From assembly GCA_003144275.1 (NCBI GenBank), contig NJBF01000027.1, positions 30,001 through 62,000 of the forward strand: a stretch of DNA of 32,000 nucleotides, given 5' to 3'. Under the pieces are notes generated by a model. The model was given only the letters and a program-made list of their open reading frames with translations, ran no database searches and was not told where the DNA came from. Source of the DNA: Candidatus Heimdallarchaeota archaeon B3_Heim. GTDB taxonomy: Archaea; Asgardarchaeota; Heimdallarchaeia; Hodarchaeales; Hodarchaeaceae. How positions within the stretch are numbered: position 1 is the first letter of the stretch; the number at the start of each line of letters is the position of its first letter. A program made the position numbers and the translations under genes. Positions 19,064 through 27,904 of this stretch are shown in pieces.

Positions 19064-19828
19064 TCACAATGATGAAATAAAAATGGATATTTCTTCGGGC
19101 GCATGAAAAACTCGAAACTCATCGCTTAATTTTTGCGTATTTAGCTGGTCGATGGATCGTACATGAATCTCTATTTCTTCATCCACAGCAAAATTTCTTG
19201 GGTATTTTTCAACGCATTTTCGGCATCCTACACAAAATTCTGGCAGAAAATCGACATCTGAATATTTTTTTGAGTCCAAAGCACCGAAAGCGCACACTTT
19301 CGTGTCAAAATCTTGAGACTTAAGAGGTTTTTTTTGTCGTACTGGTAAGCTTGAAGTGATAGAGTCAATTCCTCTATCGGTCGGAAAAATTCCAATCATT
19401 TGTCCTGCTTTTTTCCCAGCCGATAGAATATTTAGAATCATCGAATCGTTTATTCCTGAGGTAAGTTTCGCGACAGAATTTGATGTTAATGGACTAGCAA
19501 CGATACATTTTAAATTGTGATTAGCTAACCAAATACCTTTAGCAAAAGTTGGATCTTTCGGTAAGGCTGAATAGTCGGCATTAGATTTTCTTAGTAATTG
19601 TTCTATATTATGATCCAAAACAAACTGGCTTTCAAATAAGAAAAGCAAATTTGTATTTTTCAGATTCAATTTACTTAAATTCCAGAAAAAACCATATCTA
19701 TTGTAAACTAAGGCGCCTGCATCTGAAAAAATCACTAAAATTGGATATTTTTTCAAAAGTAAATTTACAAAGATTCGATAATTCTCATCAAAAAAATCTC
19801 CCCCTCCTGTTATGCACCAAACTATCAG
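19064..19828 (-). CDS. Dihydromethanopterin reductase (DmrX/MJ0208)-like flavoprotein with ferredoxin insert; start anomalous
   Basis: In-frame upstream extension LIVWCITGGG (from 19828), S.AG..V...YG.F, SPLTSNSVAKL..GI.DS, PTD, CVGCRKC, IHVRSID..N..KL; no ATG/GTG/TTG in frame upstream of 19756. Confidence 0.75.
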   Translation of the reverse strand: MIVWCITGGGDFFDENYRIFVNLLLKKYPILVIFSDAGALVYNRYGFFWNLSKLNLKNTNLLFLFESQFVLDHNIEQLLRKSNADYSALPKDPTFAKGIWLANHNLKCIVASPLTSNSVAKLTSGINDSMILNILSAGKKAGQMIGIFPTDRGIDSITSSLPVRQKKPLKSQDFDTKVCAFGALDSKKYSDVDFLPEFCVGCRKCVEKYPRNFAVDEEIEIHVRSIDQLNTQKLSDEFRVFHAPEEISIFISSL

Positions 19829-19914
19829 ATTATTCTCATGATTGGCAACAAAGGATGTTAAGGAACTATTTTCTCGTGAATGAGTGTTTTGACCATTTTT
19901 TGTCAGTTTGCAGC

Positions 19915-20757
19915 CTAGCCTGTTTCTTCAATAGATCCGATATCACAGTCTGGTCCAACCTTAACTTTTTTTCCAATCACAGTTTTCGCTTTAACTCCTT
20001 CAAGATAAACCTGCCCACCAGATTTAATATTATTTACCTTCAAAGATCCTTTTCTGGAAGTTTGCTCAATATAAATGTCTCCTCCACACACTAAATCATC
20101 ATCAATTCTGCAATTCCCGTTTAACTCAGAAGTGAATTCGTTATTACACTCCACCGATCCAAAAATTTTGTAACTCCCTGAGAATTCAGCTTTATCACAA
20201 ACTACGTTGCCGTCAACTTTGATGGCCCCACTAGAAACAACAGAAGCATTTTTACCTAATAGAGAACCCTCTATTTTACCTGAACCTGATGATGCGAAAC
20301 GTTCATGAACTTTCAATTCCCCATTAACTTTAAATGAACCTGATGATAGAAAACTTCCTGCTTCAATTGGGCCTTCAGCCTTTAGTGAACCTGAAACTTT
20401 TAAAGAATCAGTTTTAAGGTTTCCTGGTAAAGTTCCAGATCCAGAAATTTTAATCTCTTCGTCACTAACTTTTCCTGAACCTGAAATCGTGATTGTACCA
20501 TCTTTCCAACCTTCTATTCGTCCTGAACCGGATATTGTCACATATGAGTCAGTCACTTTTCCAGAACCTGAGATTGAAATATAAGATAAATTTCTAAGAA
20601 AACTATTTTTTTTGAGTACACTAACTTCCTCTTGAAGTTTTACACTGTATTTCTCCTTTAATTCTTTATATTCAGCCTCTGTGATCTCATCAGCATGTAA
20701 TCGTATTTCTAATGCTTTAATTAATGTTTTAAGGTCTTCAATTTCTTTATTCGACAT
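19915..20757 (-). CDS. Bactofilin-like (polymer-forming cytoskeletal, YhbE/YhbF-type) beta-helix protein with N-terminal SHOCT-like helices
   Basis: Many I/V-S-G-S-G-x-I/V-x-G repeats; C-terminal YLEGVKAKTVIGKKVKVGPDCDIGSIE matches the YhbF-type end; ATG 20757 (alternative TTG 20766). Confidence 0.72.
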   Translation of the reverse strand: MSNKEIEDLKTLIKALEIRLHADEITEAEYKELKEKYSVKLQEEVSVLKKNSFLRNLSYISISGSGKVTDSYVTISGSGRIEGWKDGTITISGSGKVSDEEIKISGSGTLPGNLKTDSLKVSGSLKAEGPIEAGSFLSSGSFKVNGELKVHERFASSGSGKIEGSLLGKNASVVSSGAIKVDGNVVCDKAEFSGSYKIFGSVECNNEFTSELNGNCRIDDDLVCGGDIYIEQTSRKGSLKVNNIKSGGQVYLEGVKAKTVIGKKVKVGPDCDIGSIEETG

Positions 20758-20895
20758 TAGTTTCAACCTTTTTATTCTTACAGGTTAGTAGATTAGATAT
20801 TTTCTACAAATTGTTGAAAATTCTAATTCTACAAGCGTATCTACTCTATTTTATATCTTAAAGCGACAATTGTTATAAAATGTTGTAATAATCTC

Positions 20896-20933
20896 GGTTT
20901 AGAGCCAAAGCTCGAGAGCTTATACAATAAACC
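20896..20933. promoter_or_regulatory. Nested inverted repeat, candidate operator in a divergent promoter
   Basis: GGTTTA-N6-AAGCTC-GA-GAGCTT-N6-TAAACC; both arm pairs share the axis 20914/20915. Confidence 0.45.
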
Positions 20934-21028
20934 CCAAAGTTAAAACTTACGAATCTTTATTAATTCGAACTCACGGAACATTTTTTTGTTGCAAATCTTC
21001 ATTTCTTAAACGAAAATGTAAACACAAT

Positions 21029-21535
21029 GTGAGGATGAATTTTCTGTCGAATAATTTAGAAAAGCGTACTGCAGAGATTTTAAAAATTCTTTCAGATCCT
21101 ACGAGAAGGAAGATAATCAGCATAATTATACAAGAACCTAAAAATCCCCAAGAACTTGCCTCTCTGCTAAATATATCCCGACCTGCTATTGAAAAGCACT
21201 TGAAACTTATGTGTTCTCAATATGTAACTGAACGAACAGTTGAGCCTTTTCCCTCCCCTCATTATGTATATTATGTTTCTACACCTGGTTTGGACCTTTT
21301 AAATGCGATTTCAACAGCTACTGTCATTTATTTTCAATCAATGGATGGGATAATCAACGCTGAAATAGAAAAAATTGAACGTGACTTCATTTTACAAAGG
21401 ATCAGCCGAAAGGAGTATGAATCTCGGCATGAAAGTCTAAGATTGAAACAGATTGATCTCGCCGACTTACAGTTAACTCGGATTTGGATAGAAGAGGCAA
21501 AACAAATGATAGCAAAGCATGAAAGGGATTCATAA
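21029..21535 (+). CDS. ArsR/SmtB-type winged-helix regulator with C-terminal helical extension
   Basis: ILKILSDPTRRKII, PQELASLLNISRPAIEKHLKLM, wing HYVYY; alternative ATG at 21035. Confidence 0.85.
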   Translation: MRMNFLSNNLEKRTAEILKILSDPTRRKIISIIIQEPKNPQELASLLNISRPAIEKHLKLMCSQYVTERTVEPFPSPHYVYYVSTPGLDLLNAISTATVIYFQSMDGIINAEIEKIERDFILQRISRKEYESRHESLRLKQIDLADLQLTRIWIEEAKQMIAKHERDS

Positions 21536-21552
21536 CGCAATACTGTATAAAA

Positions 21553-22464
21553 TCATCGTATGTGGAGCAGGTTAACGAGGAGTCGTAGGTGTCTAGGAAT
21601 TTCAGTTCTATAAATACGAAAATTAATTTTTTGTAGCTCAGTTTTATCAGGATGGGAAGGAGAATAAACCTCAATAACGTCGATAAAGCGTTGATAGAGC
21701 TTTATCCCTGCAATATTTGCTTCGAGCGGGTATTCCAAAGCTGCTTGGTCTTCATTAAGGCGAACATTCACGGTACCAAGATACATCTTTGCAGAAGAAG
21801 AAATCGCATCGGATATCATGAGAACTAGTTCTCCCGCATCTAATAATCTGGGAAAATTAGTTTTGAACTTGGATACAGGATCTTTTCCCCCCTGGACTGG
21901 GCGGTAATTTGAATCAAGTGGAATTAATACTTCATCCTGCTCAATTCCTCGTTCCGTTCTATGACCATTCAGTTCTATTGAAATATCTGAGTGAATTACT
22001 TCAACTTTTGTCTTTTCTAGATTAGTAAGCGCGTGTTCACGAGTATACGGGGTGGGATACAAAAAATTGGCTTGTTTTAATAAAACCTCTGTCACCCAGA
22101 GTTTTTCCTGAAAAACGACTGACAGATTCATTGTTGCTGGATCAAGGAGGAAAATTAATTCTGGACTCTTCATTCCACAAATCGTTGTTAGGCTAGTTGT
22201 TCGTTTTCCCCCAACTTTGTCAATTAAGGTATGTAGAATTGAAGGAACAATAATTTTATCTTGATATTGGATTTCATATGTTTCATCAAATAATAGAGGA
22301 TCCTTGGACGGTACAGAATAAGCATGATGAATCCATACATCTCCACTCACCCCCAATTGCAATTCTAAACTTTCTAATAGCGATTTTCGTCCTGGAAAGG
22401 AAAAATCATCAGCTTGTTCCATTTCTGGATCGTGAAAATCTGTTTTAGATCGATGATCTTTCAT
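21553..22464 (-). CDS. Hypothetical protein
   Basis: 303 aa ORF, apparently beta-rich, no family recognised. Confidence 0.6.
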   Translation of the reverse strand: MKDHRSKTDFHDPEMEQADDFSFPGRKSLLESLELQLGVSGDVWIHHAYSVPSKDPLLFDETYEIQYQDKIIVPSILHTLIDKVGGKRTTSLTTICGMKSPELIFLLDPATMNLSVVFQEKLWVTEVLLKQANFLYPTPYTREHALTNLEKTKVEVIHSDISIELNGHRTERGIEQDEVLIPLDSNYRPVQGGKDPVSKFKTNFPRLLDAGELVLMISDAISSSAKMYLGTVNVRLNEDQAALEYPLEANIAGIKLYQRFIDVIEVYSPSHPDKTELQKINFRIYRTEIPRHLRLLVNLLHIR

Positions 22465-22743
22465 TCCATATTATCAGTCGAATTAAGATTAAAAAGACTT
22501 ACCACTTAAATGATATTTTTCCCAAATTTGAGTATTTCATCATCAATTCTTGTTGGTAAATATCAAAGAAATACCAATCCAATCACCTGCGGATCTAATG
22601 GAATAGATTGCTTTCGTAAAATTTTTACAAAAGAAATACTTCCTATTAGTAATAAGTAAAAACAAGTAACGCTGTTTTGATGATATTTTTTTCAAGAAAC
22701 AGAGAGTTGACAATAAGAAATCAAGATTAAAAAACTTAAAGTA

Positions 22744-23958
22744 TTAGAATTTGATTACTTGTACAGGAACAAATCTAGCAACCCGTTTTCCTAATTCCAG
22801 TCTTTCAACCACTGGTAGAACCTCAGATGATCCACGATAACCATATTCTAAGGATTCTACATTTTGGATTAACAACCGACTTTGCATGGGGGCTTGAGAA
22901 AGCTCAAAGTAGAATTCACGTTCATGTACAAGTGTTTTTACTTCACTATAGGGGTATAATAGTTTATATCCTCCTCCATGTGGAAGAATATTTATCTTAT
23001 TAAGGATTGACGTGTGATCTTTTTCTTTTGCTTGCTGTGTTTGCATTCCCGTCCAATATTTTGTATTGATATTAGGTTTGCCCTCATACAAGTAAATGAA
23101 CGAATAACCATTAAATCCTATTGGGAATAATGGAAGAGGAGTTTCACCAGTTGCATCTAAAGAGTTATACAACCCTAGACGCATCGTAAATAAGTTGTTT
23201 TCTTGATAATACCCTTGATGAGTTGGGTTAGAAATACAAGTAATATTTTCCTCCCCAAAGAGAATTTCTGCAATCGATGTTCTCTTACTTTTCGAATATT
23301 CCTCCACTGATTTGAAATAGTTCAAATATTCAATACCTGATTTTTCTGGCAAACCCTCAACTAGACCAAATGGAGTTTTGACTCTCTCAAATTCTTCTTC
23401 CTTCCAGAAGCTTAAACCTTGTTTTTCTGTTTGTTGAGATGAATGTATAAGCACATAATCTCCTGGCAGTAAAAGCTTTTCATAATGAGAAGAATCGTCA
23501 GTCAATGACTCCAATCGGAGTAAATCAATGAAGTGATTGGATTTCCATACATCCCATTTGCCTGTTCGTCTTCCTACAGGTACACCATCTTTTTTTAAGA
23601 CTTGCAAACGATCCATTATCTGAAGTTTAGAAGGCATATTTGTGACATGGTAAAGACCAAAACCACAACCATTAGGATGAAGGAGACTAGGAAAAAGAAA
23701 ATCTTTCGTGATTACAGCACATCCATAACCAACTCCTGAATTAAATCTCGATTTATTTCTTGTAACACTGCCATCGGGCCCGAAAATAACTAATACATTA
23801 TTCGGATCAGAACCGGTAGCTTGATAAAAACTGATTATCTTAGCTAAACCAATGCTCATAACTTCTTTGGCTAATTTTGAAGTTAAATCTTCAGTCGTCC
23901 AAGAGTACATATGATAACTTGCTTCTTGTAACAAATTCCTTATCTGGACGCTATCCAT
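22744..23958 (-). CDS. Divergent RtcB-family RNA ligase-like protein
   Basis: Ordered RtcB motifs: PD62, NGC98G, SN141H142F, IH172S, TH247, MRLG, PH327GGG, C-terminal YRGSSEVL.VV...ELGKRVARFVPVQVIK403. Confidence 0.72.
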   Translation of the reverse strand: MDSVQIRNLLQEASYHMYSWTTEDLTSKLAKEVMSIGLAKIISFYQATGSDPNNVLVIFGPDGSVTRNKSRFNSGVGYGCAVITKDFLFPSLLHPNGCGFGLYHVTNMPSKLQIMDRLQVLKKDGVPVGRRTGKWDVWKSNHFIDLLRLESLTDDSSHYEKLLLPGDYVLIHSSQQTEKQGLSFWKEEEFERVKTPFGLVEGLPEKSGIEYLNYFKSVEEYSKSKRTSIAEILFGEENITCISNPTHQGYYQENNLFTMRLGLYNSLDATGETPLPLFPIGFNGYSFIYLYEGKPNINTKYWTGMQTQQAKEKDHTSILNKINILPHGGGYKLLYPYSEVKTLVHEREFYFELSQAPMQSRLLIQNVESLEYGYRGSSEVLPVVERLELGKRVARFVPVQVIKF

Positions 23959-24124
23959 CTAAATCTGACCTCCAATGAAGAGATTCAAGAATTAGGAATG
24001 ATTACTTCATTTCTAGCTAATTGATTGAACTAGTTATCCATTCAATAGCTTTTTCTCATATAAGTCTTAGCATTTCATTATCGCTATTAGAAATGAAAAA
24101 AAAAGGAAGACAACTATTTGTAAA

Positions 24125-25741
24125 TCAATATCCTTGAGCTTGACCATCCTTACGAGGATCAGAACCACCCATATAAGATCCATTCTCCGAAACAGATATA
24201 ATTTGACCCCCTCCAAAGTTCATCCCCACAGAGTCTCGTACATTATGTGCCATTCCCCGTAATTGTGCTTTTACTTGAAGAAGTATAGGTTCTTCAAATG
24301 CAACAAGGTTAGAATTTTGCTCATGATGAAAACGAGGACAGTTTATAGCGTCCTGAGGATCCATTCCATGTAGAACAAGGTTAAGAAATACTTGTGATTG
24401 TCCAATCGGTTGATGATGTCCGCCCATCACACCAAAGGAATGTAAAAGTTGATTTGTAGAAGGAGAAGTGATCATAGCAGGAATAATAGTGTGATACGGT
24501 CTTTTATGCGGTTCATATTGGTTAGGATGTCCTTTTTTCAGGGTAAATCCAGCTCCGCGATTCTGGAAAGCAATCCCTGTAATTGGATCAACGATTCCGG
24601 AACCAAATCCATAGTATAGGGAGTTGATAAAAGAGATGGCAAATCCTTCTTTGTCGATAGCTGTCAAATAAACTGTATCTTCCCCCATATCCAAGGTATA
24701 TGGTAATGTATTCAGAGCTTTTCTAGGGTTTATTTGACTGGCTCGAGTATGAGCATATCTATTACTCAAAAGATCACTTACTTTCACAGTCATTGAATCT
24801 GGATCAGCTATATATGCAGAAGCATCAGAAAATGCTAGTTTTTTTGCTTCAATAAGAAAGTGTAAATATTCTGCGGAGTTGAGTGGATAACGTGCAATAT
24901 CTAGCTCTTCCGCAATTGCTAAGATTTGTAAGGTGACAAGTCCTTGGCCATTCGGTCCATGTTCCCACAATTGATGATCATAAATTACTTTGGAAATCGG
25001 TTTCGTCCATTCTGCTGAAAAATCATTAAGATCAGATATACTAATGACACTTCCTTCCCCTTGTAGAAATTTAATTGTCCGATTCGCAAGATCACCTTTG
25101 TAGAAAAATTCATACCCATGTTTTGCGAGTTTCTGAAAAGTTGTTCCCAATTTTTCTTGAGTAAATATCTCCCCTGGTCGTGGAGCTCGTTCTTCGTCAA
25201 TTAAATATGTTCGACTCGCCCCTTCATGTAATTTGAGCTTTGGTACTAATTCATTCCAGACCTGAGCAATCAAAGGACTCACAGGAAATCCTGAATTTGC
25301 GTAATCTATGGCAGGATTAAGTACCTCTTCCCATGGTAAAAGACCAAATTTTTCGTGAATTATCCCCCATGCGCTTACAGCCCCAGGAACGGTAATTGGT
25401 AAGATTCCTGTTAAAGGTATTTCAGACAAATTATTCTCTGAAACTAAAGCATTATAGGATAATTTTCTAGGGGAAAAACCTGATCCATTAATTCCGATTG
25501 GTCGGTTTTCTCCAGGCACATGAAGTAGTGCAAATGCATCTCCTCCTATTCCTGTAGAAAATGGTTCAACTACATTAAGAACGGCCGCCATTGCAATTAC
25601 GGCATCACACGCATTTCCACCAGCCTTAAGCATTTGAATTCCTACAGATGAAGCTAAAGGTTGCGATGATGCGACTAAGCCATTTTTTGCATGTATAGCG
25701 GATCTTCCTGCTGAAGGTCGTCTCCAAAATTTTACTGCCAT
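24125..25741 (-). CDS. ggt: Gamma-glutamyltransferase family protein
   Basis: GGNACDAVIA, VVEPFSTGIGGDAF, TVPGAV, nucleophile Thr in DTVYLTAID, SFINSLYYGFGSG, KRPYHTIIP, GVMGG..QP, GGSDPRKDG. Confidence 0.92.
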   Translation of the reverse strand: MAVKFWRRPSAGRSAIHAKNGLVASSQPLASSVGIQMLKAGGNACDAVIAMAAVLNVVEPFSTGIGGDAFALLHVPGENRPIGINGSGFSPRKLSYNALVSENNLSEIPLTGILPITVPGAVSAWGIIHEKFGLLPWEEVLNPAIDYANSGFPVSPLIAQVWNELVPKLKLHEGASRTYLIDEERAPRPGEIFTQEKLGTTFQKLAKHGYEFFYKGDLANRTIKFLQGEGSVISISDLNDFSAEWTKPISKVIYDHQLWEHGPNGQGLVTLQILAIAEELDIARYPLNSAEYLHFLIEAKKLAFSDASAYIADPDSMTVKVSDLLSNRYAHTRASQINPRKALNTLPYTLDMGEDTVYLTAIDKEGFAISFINSLYYGFGSGIVDPITGIAFQNRGAGFTLKKGHPNQYEPHKRPYHTIIPAMITSPSTNQLLHSFGVMGGHHQPIGQSQVFLNLVLHGMDPQDAINCPRFHHEQNSNLVAFEEPILLQVKAQLRGMAHNVRDSVGMNFGGGQIISVSENGSYMGGSDPRKDGQAQGY

Positions 25742-25762
25742 TTTAATTGATCCTTTATCATT

Positions 25763-27805
25763 TCATGAATATTTTTCTATCCAGTTAATGATCTGTTTGA
25801 TACGATCCACAATATGCCGAGGTTCACCACTACGAGATAGTTCATGACCATCACGAGGATATCGAATGAATCGCATTACTTTACCGTACCGTTTACCTAG
25901 CCAAAAGAGCTGTTCTGCACTCACGATAGGTACTCGAAAATCATTTTCGGCATGGATTATTAATAACGGTGTATTAATATTCTTCACGTGAGCAACGGGA
26001 GAATCAGACCAATTACGTGCGTACGTATCTATGATCTCACCATAGTGTTGCTCGAACCATATTGGAATATCAGTTGTTAAACCGAATCCAATAAATTCAT
26101 ACACTCCTCTTTGACTAATAGCGGCTTTAAAGCGATTCGTTTGTGTGATTAACCATGCAGTCATATATCCTCCATAACTCCCACCAGTTACACTAATCCG
26201 TTGGGGGTCTAAACTCGGGTATTGGCTTAAAGCTGTGTCTAATCCTTTCAGAATATCATTTGCAGCAATCGTACCCCAATTTTCGAATACCGCTTTTCGA
26301 AACTCAACTCCATACCCATCAGAACCGTGAGGATTACAGAATATAACTGCAAATCCGCGACCAACGAGTGAATTCCATTCGTGCCACATAGTTTTCTCAT
26401 GAGGTGACCACATTGCAGCAGGCCCGCCATGAATCTCTAAGACTACAGGAATTTTCTCATCGCTGAAGCTTTCAGAGGGTAAGAAAATCCAGCCTTGTAA
26501 AGAATGTCCATTCAGCTGGAAAGAATAGGATTCTACTTTAGCAGGAGGATGCTCCTTCAAATAATTGTTATTTACTTCTGTTATCCTTCTTTCAACTGGA
26601 TTCTCGAGATTAGTGATGAAGATGTCACTTGGAAAGGAATTATGAGAAACTTCTATTGCTAGATCGCCAGTAGTTCTTGCTAGTGAGTACGAATTGATAT
26701 TACGTTCACCACCTACTACTTCTTCAACTAATTTAGTATGTAAATCTATTTTATAAAGTGATATTCGACCGTTAATAGGAGATAGGAATAATAGGGTCTC
26801 ATCAGTTAACCAACAAGCCATTGAAGCTGATCTGTGAAATTTTTCAGTTAAACAACTAATTTGAAAATCTTGTGGTGTATCTAAACTACATACAAAAATT
26901 TGTTGATCATCAAAAACTGTTTTATTCTCTCTTTTAGCTTCATACAGAACATTCTTTCCATCGGGAGATAGTTGGAAATTTGACACCCATCCAAACGCGG
27001 ATCCAAGAACGTTTGCTTTAGATGGATCATTTACTGTGATACTCAATATTTCTTGGGACATCGTCACAGAGGGATCATCAATATACTTGGACAGAATGAT
27101 TTGAGTGTCAGCGTGAGTGAATGTTCCTAATGTATAATGATACGCGATATTACCTAGATGAATCACGTCAGATATACGAGAAGGTTTGTCATCACGAAAA
27201 AAATTTCCTATAGGTATTATAAAGGGCTGTGCCTTTCGTCCTTCCAGAAAATGAGTACCTTCACGATAAAACCCGTCATTAATTACCCGAGGATCCCTTG
27301 AAAGAGATTTTATTGTTTTTTCCTTTATTTTTTCGACTTCAAAATCGATTGGGCTAAGCACAAAGGATTTACTCACTTTTGGTTGTATTATCACTTCAAG
27401 TTCTTCTTCATTAACCATAGCCAGAACGTGGAAAGATTGACTATCGTGGCTCCAAGTGAATCCTACAACACCTTTTGGGAAGTTTGTTACTTGAAACGCC
27501 TCTCCCCCAGTAACCGACATGAGAAAAACTTGCATACCATTTTCCTGACGAGATGATAGAAATGCCAATAATTTACCAGAAGGGGAAAATTTTGCAGATG
27601 TGTCTAAGTGAGTTCCAGAAGTATAACGGATATAGTTTGTAGAGTCTTTAGTTTTTAGAAATAACCCTCCCTGATAAGAATTTTTCTTCTCATTTATTGT
27701 ACGAATAGTAAATACTAATCTCCCATCTGGAGATAAACATGGATTTTCAGCAAACCGTAAGTGGACAAAATCTTCAGCATTAATTGTTTTAACATGACTA
27801 TTCAT
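25763..27805 (-). CDS. S9 family serine peptidase (acylaminoacyl/dipeptidyl peptidase) with beta-propeller
   Basis: SPDG/SPSG propeller repeats, IHGGP, GGSYGG nucleophile, HAENDFRVP, GHELSRSG; ATG 27805 preferred to 27847. Confidence 0.92.
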   Translation of the reverse strand: MNSHVKTINAEDFVHLRFAENPCLSPDGRLVFTIRTINEKKNSYQGGLFLKTKDSTNYIRYTSGTHLDTSAKFSPSGKLLAFLSSRQENGMQVFLMSVTGGEAFQVTNFPKGVVGFTWSHDSQSFHVLAMVNEEELEVIIQPKVSKSFVLSPIDFEVEKIKEKTIKSLSRDPRVINDGFYREGTHFLEGRKAQPFIIPIGNFFRDDKPSRISDVIHLGNIAYHYTLGTFTHADTQIILSKYIDDPSVTMSQEILSITVNDPSKANVLGSAFGWVSNFQLSPDGKNVLYEAKRENKTVFDDQQIFVCSLDTPQDFQISCLTEKFHRSASMACWLTDETLLFLSPINGRISLYKIDLHTKLVEEVVGGERNINSYSLARTTGDLAIEVSHNSFPSDIFITNLENPVERRITEVNNNYLKEHPPAKVESYSFQLNGHSLQGWIFLPSESFSDEKIPVVLEIHGGPAAMWSPHEKTMWHEWNSLVGRGFAVIFCNPHGSDGYGVEFRKAVFENWGTIAANDILKGLDTALSQYPSLDPQRISVTGGSYGGYMTAWLITQTNRFKAAISQRGVYEFIGFGLTTDIPIWFEQHYGEIIDTYARNWSDSPVAHVKNINTPLLIIHAENDFRVPIVSAEQLFWLGKRYGKVMRFIRYPRDGHELSRSGEPRHIVDRIKQIINWIEKYS

Positions 27806-27904
27806 AATGTTTCCCAACGATTGATGAATACAAATTCTCATGGGCAATCTTCTTCATAAGATTTATCCAGACCTCCACAATTTTGTCTTTGAATAATTTG
27901 ATTT

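Noticed and set aside
19823-19833. Alternative explanation of the DmrX start as an 8-nt insertion (removing ATAATCTG gives MRIVWCITG)
   Set aside because: A neat match, but less parsimonious than a 1-nt deletion or a non-canonical start; cannot be supported from one sequence
19651-20094. 147-aa plus-strand ORF
   Set aside because: Antisense to two well-supported minus-strand genes, with no recognisable motif
20270-20580. Recurring CCTGAACC/TGAACCTGA words resembling a repeat array
   Set aside because: Irregular spacing and explained by the Ser-Gly-Ser-Gly codons of the bactofilin-like gene; not a CRISPR or tandem DNA repeat
22465-22743. 279-nt gap between the RtcB-like gene and the unknown gene; checked for a small ORF, tRNA or structured RNA substrate
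   Set aside because: Only short open stretches without convincing starts; AT-rich, with no T-loop motif or stable stems visible by eye
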